From a virus (lineage: Duplodnaviria; Heunggongvirae; Uroviricota; Caudoviricetes): a stretch of 45,977 nucleotides of DNA. A program made the position numbers and the translations under genes. Every line of letters starts with the position of its first letter. The stretch's first letter is position 1. The notes beneath the pieces were generated by a model. The model saw only the letters and a program-made list of their open reading frames with translations, was not told where the DNA came from and did not search any database. Where the stretch lies: IMG/VR virus record IMGVR_UViG_2663762946_000001; one strand, written 5' to 3'. This document shows, one piece after another, positions 29,932 through 38,600 of the stretch.

Positions 29932-30204
29932 ATGGAAAATGATAAGGTTGTGCAAATCCTGATGGAAATGAAGGGTGATATTAGCTCTATTAAGACCGAT
30001 ATAGAGAATATTAAAGAGCAAAGTAGGGATATTCCAAAAAGACTTGATAAGGTTGAAAGTGATACCATACAAAATACTAAGGATATCTTGGAAATACAAG
30101 AAAATAATAAATATTGGAAAAGGACAATGGCTACTGCGATAGCATTCCCATTAGCACTGTTTATCTTCCAATTAATTATTCAATTAATAATATCAAAATT
30201 TTAG
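29932..30204 (+). CDS. XhlA/holin-like membrane protein
   Basis: N-terminal coiled coil, KYWKRT, then one C-terminal hydrophobic helix. Confidence 0.65.
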   Translation: MENDKVVQILMEMKGDISSIKTDIENIKEQSRDIPKRLDKVESDTIQNTKDILEIQENNKYWKRTMATAIAFPLALFIFQLIIQLIISKF

Positions 30205-30249
30205 GCAAGTTACTTATTGCCATACATAAATTCAAAAGTTAGTAAAAAC

Positions 30250-30279
30250 TTGATAGTAAACATAATGAAATGTTATAAT
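30250..30279 (+). promoter_or_regulatory. sigmaA-type promoter
   Basis: TTGATA-18 bp-TATAAT with TG extension. Confidence 0.5.
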
Positions 30280-30310
30280 TAGTTATAAATTGTTTTAATG
30301 AGGTGAAAGA

Positions 30311-30994
30311 ATGGTAGAATTTGCGAGTTTAAAAAGCGATCCAAATAAAAGAACTATTAAGGCTGTTATCAAGTCTCCAACAGGTGACATAACAGTATAT
30401 GAACCAAGCAAAAAAGAAGTAGACGTAATCATGAGTTTACAGGAGTTCATCATTAGTCTAAATAAAGACAATAAGGGTAAAGAAGACGAAAATAGGCTAG
30501 ATATTTCTGGCGCAACCGTGATGAAGGAAATTGTTCCTTTGCTTACTGATATTGATATGAATGATCTTAGTGAAGAAGAAATTAGAGAAGTAATTGAATA
30601 TCCAAGCCTTGCAATGATGGAGTTAAATCAAGTACTAGCACAAATCGTAACCACGGTATATAAAACAGCGATTTTATCATATGCTAATAAACTTTTAGAG
30701 CATGATGTGACACTTGAAACTATGAAATTAGATCATGCTGCAGTTGGTTCATTTATTTCTCAAGCAAATGAAACCGATCGCGGGAGAGAGTTGGTCAAAG
30801 AATTAATTGCCGAAGCTGATAATATAGAAGGCAATAAGAAAAATTCAACAGAGACAAAAATCAATGAAGAGAATAATAAAGTAGTACCTATAAATAAACA
30901 TAATGAAATAAATAAAACTCCAGAAGAGATTTATAAAGAGAAAGTACTAGATAAATTTGACGACAGCTTTGAAGAGGATAGTCGTCCAGAATAG
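30311..30994 (+). CDS. Hypothetical protein (possible tail assembly chaperone)
   Basis: GAGGTG RBS; acidic; lies before the tape measure region. Confidence 0.6.
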   Translation: MVEFASLKSDPNKRTIKAVIKSPTGDITVYEPSKKEVDVIMSLQEFIISLNKDNKGKEDENRLDISGATVMKEIVPLLTDIDMNDLSEEEIREVIEYPSLAMMELNQVLAQIVTTVYKTAILSYANKLLEHDVTLETMKLDHAAVGSFISQANETDRGRELVKELIAEADNIEGNKKNSTETKINEENNKVVPINKHNEINKTPEEIYKEKVLDKFDDSFEEDSRPE

Positions 30995-31020
30995 CAATAA
31001 AAACAGGTGGAAAACATTAT

Positions 31021-31079
31021 AAAACACAAAGTTTAGGGTAGTAACTCATGAAAGAGACTATCTTACTTTGTGTTTTTTT
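31021..31079 (+). terminator. Long hairpin with T tail (terminator or processing site)
   Basis: AAAACACAAAGT(31021-31032)/ACTTTGTGTTTT(31065-31076) with an inner stem. Confidence 0.55.
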
Positions 31080-31097
31080 GATTGGAGAGAATGTTCT

Positions 31098-31592
31098 ATG
31101 GCTGAATTAGAAGGCTCGATAACGTATGAGGGCATACAAGAAATAATAAATAATATTAGATCAAATGTAGAAGAAGTGGTTTCGACATTGGTTAGGTTGA
31201 GTGCTGAAGAGATATTAAAAGAAATATTGACTCGTGATTTTCCAGCAGGAGTAACTTCTAAATACTATGTGAGAAGTGGAGAAATGGCTGATACGGTTCA
31301 TACAAAAATGACTTCGACAGGTAATACAGTTAGTTTTCTCGTTTATATAGATTCTAGAGAATTGGGAATGTATCCTCCTTTACCTAAACAGTGGGGACAC
31401 CATGTAGATATTCACGGAAATGACTTTAGAGATGGATTGCCTATTGTATTGGATCAAGGTGGGAACTCATCTCTATATGCACAACCTGCAAGACATTTTA
31501 TACAAGCAGGCCAAACGATAATGAGCGGAACATTAGCAAAAGTATTAGCAAACGGATTAAGAGCAAAAGGTTTTCAAGTTGTAATTGAATGA
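31098..31592 (+). CDS. HK97 gp10-like tail completion/neck protein
   Basis: YVRSGEMADT and QPARHFIQ motifs; GGAG RBS before ATG 31098. Confidence 0.55.
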   Translation: MAELEGSITYEGIQEIINNIRSNVEEVVSTLVRLSAEEILKEILTRDFPAGVTSKYYVRSGEMADTVHTKMTSTGNTVSFLVYIDSRELGMYPPLPKQWGHHVDIHGNDFRDGLPIVLDQGGNSSLYAQPARHFIQAGQTIMSGTLAKVLANGLRAKGFQVVIE

Positions 31593-31609
31593 ATAGGAGA
31601 GTTGATTAG

Positions 31610-32671
31610 ATGGAACATAAAGAAGGATTAAAGTATCAAACTGATGGTAAACGAAAGATTACGAGATATGCAACAAAAGATCGTATGGCAAAAGTGAATC
31701 ACAAGAATATAGAAGTATACGAGAGCTATCTTCGTAGTAAAAAAATACAAAATAAAGATGTTAAAGATACAACCTATAAGGTTTACAAGTCTTATATGAA
31801 TATTTTCATGTGTTATATAGCTGAAAATTGGGATAACTTCTATCTTCTAGACGAGGATACTCTTGAAGAAAACATGCTAGATGTTATGGAATCATACATG
31901 TTGTTTCTTGAAGAAGAGTGCGGAAATGGTAAAAAAGTAATCAATACAAAAGTTAGTGCTATTTCTAGTTTTTATATTTGGGCTGCAAAAAGGAGAAAGA
32001 TAAAGATGCATCCATTTGACAATAAGCTAGATCGTATTAAAGGAGCTGGTGACGAGAAGAAAATATCCGTTTACTTCTTACATCAACCTGAAATTGACAA
32101 AATCACAAATGAATTATCCAAAGATCAAGATAGTTTAAATAAATATGATTTTCAAGATGAATTGATTTGGAATATCGCGTTTGATAGTGCGTGTCGTATA
32201 GGTGCATTGTATCGTTTGAGCTTATCAAATTTAAATCTTGAAAAAAATGTATTTGAAAATATTCGAGAGAAACGAGGGAAGATTGTTGATATTCCTTTCA
32301 CCAAACATACAAAAAATATTATTCAACAGTATTTAGCATGGAGAGAAGACCAGGGAATTGATTGCGATGCTTTGTTTTATGTTTGGAAAGATGGTGGATG
32401 GGGTCGTATGAGTAAACAGTCATTAACAATACGAATTCGTAAAATAGGCGAAATTGTTGGTGTGGGTGATTTTAGACCTCATTGTATTCGGAAAAGTAGA
32501 TTAAACCAAATTGCAAAAAAAGGGAATATCCAATTAGCAAAAGAACTGGCACATCATGAATCAATGGATACGACTTCCAAGTTCTATATGGAGAAAAAAG
32601 ACTCAGCAGAAACATTAAAAGAAATAAACAAATTGATGGAAGAAGAACCAAAAAATAAAGAAAAAAAGTAG
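31610..32671 (+). CDS. Tyrosine recombinase embedded in the tail operon
   Basis: SACRIGAL (R), EKRGK (K), PHCIRKS (H-x-x-R), AHHESMDTTSKFY (H...Y): full catalytic set. Confidence 0.92.
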   Translation: MEHKEGLKYQTDGKRKITRYATKDRMAKVNHKNIEVYESYLRSKKIQNKDVKDTTYKVYKSYMNIFMCYIAENWDNFYLLDEDTLEENMLDVMESYMLFLEEECGNGKKVINTKVSAISSFYIWAAKRRKIKMHPFDNKLDRIKGAGDEKKISVYFLHQPEIDKITNELSKDQDSLNKYDFQDELIWNIAFDSACRIGALYRLSLSNLNLEKNVFENIREKRGKIVDIPFTKHTKNIIQQYLAWREDQGIDCDALFYVWKDGGWGRMSKQSLTIRIRKIGEIVGVGDFRPHCIRKSRLNQIAKKGNIQLAKELAHHESMDTTSKFYMEKKDSAETLKEINKLMEEEPKNKEKK

Positions 32672-32688
32672 ATTGGCGGTGAGGTTAA

Positions 32689-35600
32689 GTGGCAAATCAA
32701 TTAGGGATTAGGGTAAAAGTTAATCTTCCATCTAAATCACAATTGGAAAAAGAATTTAGAAGTAAATGGAGCGACTTCAAAGCCGACTTCACTGCAAAAG
32801 TTAATGTTGAAGCTGATAAAAATAGTATTAAAAAAATGGGTAGGCAAATAAGAGATATTCTTGATGGTACACATGTAGCAATTAAACCCAAAATGGACGT
32901 TAGTCAAGCATCTAAGCAACTTCTTGAATTAACCAAGAATTTTAGAAAAGCAAGAGAAGAGATGGAGAAATCCATCAATATGAAGATAAATAATGATACG
33001 ACTAAATCTGACGTTACGGGCGATGTTGCTAGTAAGTTCACAGAACAATCTAGGACAATTCTAAAAGCAGGAGAAAAAGTTGAAAAAGATATTGCCACTT
33101 CTACCGCAAGAGAAGCTAAGGCAATTGAAGGTAGTTTAAATAAACTTGTCAGAGTGCAAAAACAAACAGCACTTGGTACAAGTAATAAGGTCACTAAATC
33201 AGAAAACTTAAATGATTTTGTCACGAGAACTACCACACTTAGTAATAAGGGTACTGGGACTACAACTACTAAAATTGTTGAGGATCAAAAAAGAGCATTA
33301 GCACAATTAAAAGCCACTATGACTGAAATTGCAAGTCTAGAAACTAAAGTGGCTGGTTCTTCTGATAAAGGGAAAATAAGCGCATGGACAACTAGGATAG
33401 ACGAATTAAAATCTGAGTTAAAAAGTTTAAGTACAACCTATAATCAGACCTTCAATAAGATGAACGGTGGGAATAATTCGGCTTTCACCAATATGGAAAA
33501 GAGCGTACAGAGCGTAAAAAGAATGAATGTTTCGTTAGCAGAGACAGCTCGCAAGGCTAAAGAGGCAGGAAACACATTCAAAGAGCTAAAGAATATTGAA
33601 AACTCTAAGCTTACGCTCAATACTCGTTCACTTGGAGCTACTCAAAAAGAGAATATTATTATACAGAAACAACTTCAATTATTAGAACAAAGAAAACAAA
33701 GAATACAACAAACTAATTCTGCCGAGAAAATTCTGAGTGCTACTCAAAAATCTGAATTAGCAACTCTGCAGAATGAAAACAGACTTAAACTTCTTTATAG
33801 TAAAGCGCAAGTTGCTGGAAATAAGCAAAATGTAGTCTCTTCTGTTGGAAATAGTTTTGGGAATACAGGGAGAAATATTGGGAACATTGCTAATAATGCT
33901 ACCACTGCTACATTAGCAATGGGTGGATTCGCTGCAGCATTATTGGATGGTGCAAAAAAGGCATCGACACTTCAAAATAATTACAAAGTCATAAGTAATT
34001 TGCTTATAACGGGTGGCGAAAATGCTAGTGAAGTAACAAAAAATGTTTCTCGTATGCAGAAAGATGGGGCTAAATATGCGATTGCTTATGGTAAGTCACA
34101 GAAAGATATTTCAGAACAATATGAAGAGCTTGTAAAACGAGGATACACCAGTTCATCTGCTCTTGCTGCTATGAAAACTGAATTGCAAGGTTCGGTTGCT
34201 ACTGGAGATGCTTTCAGTGATGTGGTTAGGGTTTCATCACAAACTCTTGATGCCTTTAATATGAGAACAAGTAATACTGCTAAAATGACAGCAAATACCA
34301 AGAAAGTAGTGAATGAACTAGCGTATGCATCAGATATGTCAGCTAGTTCATTCCAAAGTACTGGTAAAGCGATGGAGTATGTAGGGGATTCTGCAAATAA
34401 CTCTGGAATCAGTTTAGCAGAGGCATCAGCTGCAATAGGCGAATTATCGAATCACGGCCTTGAGGCGGAAAAAAGTGGAACTGGTCTGAGAAAAGTAATT
34501 GTTTCTTTAGGAAAAGATATTGCAAATATAGGCACTAAATCAGATGTACTCACACCTCTTGGTATAAAAAAAGCAGATTTAGTTGACGCAAAAGGCAATA
34601 TGAAATCATTGGCTGAAATGATGAGTGTTGTAAATGAAAAAACAAAAAACATGGGGACTGCTGAAAAAGGAGTGGTCTTTAATAAGTTATTTGGTACAAC
34701 AGGTCAGCAGGCAGGTATTATTTTAGCACAATATAATAGTCAGTTTGCTGAATTAGCCAAAAAAGTAGAAGAGGCTGGAAGCAAGGGAACATATGTAGAA
34801 ACATTGGCGAAAAAAAATAGTTCAACAGCTCAACAGTCTATTGCTAGATTCAAACAAGCATGGAGTGAACTTGAAATTATGTTTGGTGCAAAAATGCTTC
34901 CAGTTATGTCTAAGGCTGCTAACGATATGACGAAAGCATTCGGTAATAAAGAATTTGTTGCCAGTTTGCAGAAAGATGCTGAAAAACTCGAAGAATTTGC
35001 AAAAGGTCTGTATAAGGTTGGAACGTATGCAGTTGAAAATGGTGCGGCCATACAAACATTTGGGAAATTATTAGCTGGGATATGGGCTGTAAATCAAATA
35101 CGCAAATTTGCCCGCGCAACACAGGATTACTTCGCACTCGTTGGAATGGGTAAAGGTAAATTGTCTGCAGTTACTTCAGAAGTTTTAACTCAGTCCAAAG
35201 CCTATGAAAGACTTGCTGCATCAGAAGATATGGCTAATACTGCTGGAGGCTTTGGTACTGGTTCGAAAGGCAAAAAAAGTAAAACTACGAGTAGGGAGGT
35301 AAATGTTAATGGCGCTATTACCGAATTGGAGTCTGATACAACTCTTACTAGGAGGGCTAAATTAGCTAATACTATGAAAACTACTGGTTCAGCCATAGGA
35401 GCTGGGGCAGATGTGGCTATTACGAAATTCGGTAAATTATATAGTGTAGTGAAATTGGTTGGTACTGGCCTATTATCATTAGTACCAGTGGTAGGTACTG
35501 TATTTGCTGCTTTTCAAATTATGGATGCTCTTGGCATCAAACCTTGGGAAATATTTAAACAAAAAATAGATGCAACTAAAGACGCAGTACAAGAGTTAAA

Positions 35601-38600
35601 TAAAGAATTAGACAATGAATTAGCAAAGATAAAATTAACTTACAGTGAATCACAAAAATCTCTAAAGAATAATTCATTATTTAACGGCAACTTAGCGGTC
35701 GATAAAAGCACAGCAAGTGGCTTAAGTACGAATTTAGATCAGGAAACGAATGGTGGGCAGAACCAATTATCAGATAGCTCGTTCAAAAGTTTACAGGAAT
35801 CTTATGATTCTATTGCTAAGAAAAATCATCTAAAGTTGAGAATAACTTTAAATAATTATGATTCTATCAAAGAACAGTTAGATTCATTAAATGCATCATT
35901 AGACGAAATCGCTAGAAAGAATGCAAAAAAAGGTAGTAAGAGCGTAAATAAGGAAGTCAAAGGTGCAGAAAAACTTACTAATGATAACACTCTTGATAAA
36001 CTCTATGGTACAAGTAGTGAATATACAAAAAAGAAAAATGAAATACTAGATGTAATAAATAGTATTAAAGTAGCAGAAAGTACGGGCGGAACTAGTTATA
36101 ATGCAGGTGAAAAAAGAATTGCTGGTTATAAGAAACAGTTAGAAGCTTTAAAAGAATCCTATAGGAGTGGTGAGAACAGCGCGGAAGTTTGGAGTACAAA
36201 AGCAGGTAAAGCAATTGAAAAACAGTGGGATACTCAAACTAAGTCAATCCGTAAGCATATTAATGAATTAGGACAAGCAACTTCATCAGGTGTATTTACT
36301 GAACAAGACTATGCTTCAATGGACAAGAATACCAGAAATAATGCCAAGGTTGCACAAGGAACAAACTTAACCCAACTTGGACAGCAAGGAAATATGATTG
36401 ATTCAATTAATAGAAAGCTTGCTCAAGGTGGAGAATTAAATCAAAAAGAATTAACGTATTTATCTAAGCAAAATAGCTCACTTGCTAACAAGAGTACAAA
36501 TACAGCTAATTGGTCAAACGCAGAAAAACAAGCTGCACAAGAAGTCGTTAATGGATATGAGACAGCATATCAAAAAGAAAAAAGTACGCAAGAAGCTCGT
36601 ATGACAGATATTCTTGCCGCTAGTGGTAAATCTCAAAAGTCTATACAAGAAACAATAGCTGCTTATGAGCAAGGTGGAGCTAGTTACATCAAATTAATGG
36701 CTAAACAAGGCACTTTGGGTAAGAGTATGTTAAATCTTTCAGCAGAGTTTTCGCAACAATATGGGAAAAATTGGTCTAGTGCTTATTCGAAAATTCAGAA
36801 TGAGGTAGACAAAGTTCCCAAAACTGCAATGACTGAATACAGTTTTGTTGATAAGACAACTGGATTAGTTGACACACATGTTATAGCTAAATTGAATGAA
36901 ATTCCAGAGAAAAAGGGAACGAAATACGGTTTAACCTACGATGATAACGGCCATGTAAAAATTCCTGAAATAATAACAGCTTTAAATCAGATTCCAGAGA
37001 TTAAAGGTACGAAATATGATGTCAATGGTACGGTAGATGCACAAGGATTAATTAAGGATTTAACAACTGACATAAATAAAGTGCCCCCTGTTATAGCTCT
37101 TAAGTTCTTAGCACAGACGACTGGTTTCTCAACTGCATTCAAAGATGTAGTTAAACATATGGATGAGACGCAAGGCAAAACCGCAACTGCCAAGTTCTTA
37201 GCAGACAATAGTTATTTTGGGATTTCTGCAGATGAGGTATTGAAATATCTGAATACAATTGATAATAAAACAGCAACCGCAAAAGTGTCAGCCAAGGTTG
37301 ATGATTTTAATACCAAAATAGGTGGTGTTTCTAAAGGTATAGACAATATTAATACCAAAAATAAACCTGTCAAAGTTAAAGCAGATATAAAAGATGCTGA
37401 AGGAAAAGTTTCGGCTGCACAGACTAAATTGGACAAACTAAAAGGTAAGACTGCGAAGATTAAGGGAGATCATAAGGATCTAGATGCAAAAGTATCCTCT
37501 GCACAAAAGAAACTCAACAATATGAAGGGTAAGCTTTTAGCTATTAAGACCAAAATTGATCCGAAATCAGTTAAGGGTGTAGATAATCTTAAAAGTAGTT
37601 TAGATAAAATCAAAGGAAAAAACCCAAAGGTTAATGTCAAAGTTGGAAGAACCACTGATTTAAAAACTGTATCAAATACACTTTCTAAAATTAAAGGAAA
37701 AGCACCTAGAGTAACACCTAGTGTGAATAAAAAAGGACAATCTGATGTTGATAAGATAAATCATTCTTTAAATAAATCTAAGAGTAAATTTCCTAAAGTT
37801 AAAGCTACTACTGATGGCATTAAAGATGTTGATAAGATGAATAAAGCGTTAAGTAAAGCTACGGATAAATCCCCAAAGGTAACTGCTACCGTAGACAAGA
37901 GTGGGAAAAAGCAAGTAGAAAGTCTCGTTAGCGAATTAAGTAAATTACAGGACAAATCTATCAGTATTAATGTCAATAAAACCACCACAACAAAAAATAA
38001 AAAATCTGATTCTGTTGCTATTGCATCACAAGATGTAACAACTATAAATCCCGCAAAATCAATGTCTGCTGCTATAGGAGACAATAATAATATTGCAAGC
38101 TTAGCTTCTAAAGGTGTGGGTTCTACAGATTATAGTGATAGCACCGAGACCCCGTCAACTGTTAGTGAAGACGTTTGGAGATACTGGGGTAATGAATTAT
38201 ACACTGGAGATAGCTTAACGTCAAAAGTGACTCAATTAGAGAATGCGGTAACGCAAGCTGCAGACGATATGGATAAGTTAATTGATTTATCTAAGCAAAG
38301 AATTAATCTAGATAATCAGCAGATAGCTTATCAGAACACAATGAAAAACGCTTATCAAAATCAAATGGATTCGCTATTAAGTCAATTACGAGGTTATGGT
38401 TTTAATACAAATGGGAATACAATTACTAACCTTGATCATGCTAAGAGTTTTAGTGGAGATAATGCAGATAAAGTATCAACATTATTGGATTCTTATAAAA
38501 CAGTATTTGAGAATCTTAATGAGGTTTCTAACACTATCAGCAGTTTAAATCTCGATAAATGGCAACAAGAGAAAAATATAACTGATTATAACACAACTAA

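Noticed and set aside
30311..31592. Programmed frameshift joining tail chaperone ORFs
   Set aside because: The ORFs are separated by ~100 bp with a hairpin and a separate RBS; no convincing slippery site
31610..32671. Integrase marking a prophage boundary
   Set aside because: Flanked on both sides by co-oriented tail genes; no att repeat, tRNA or host gene nearby
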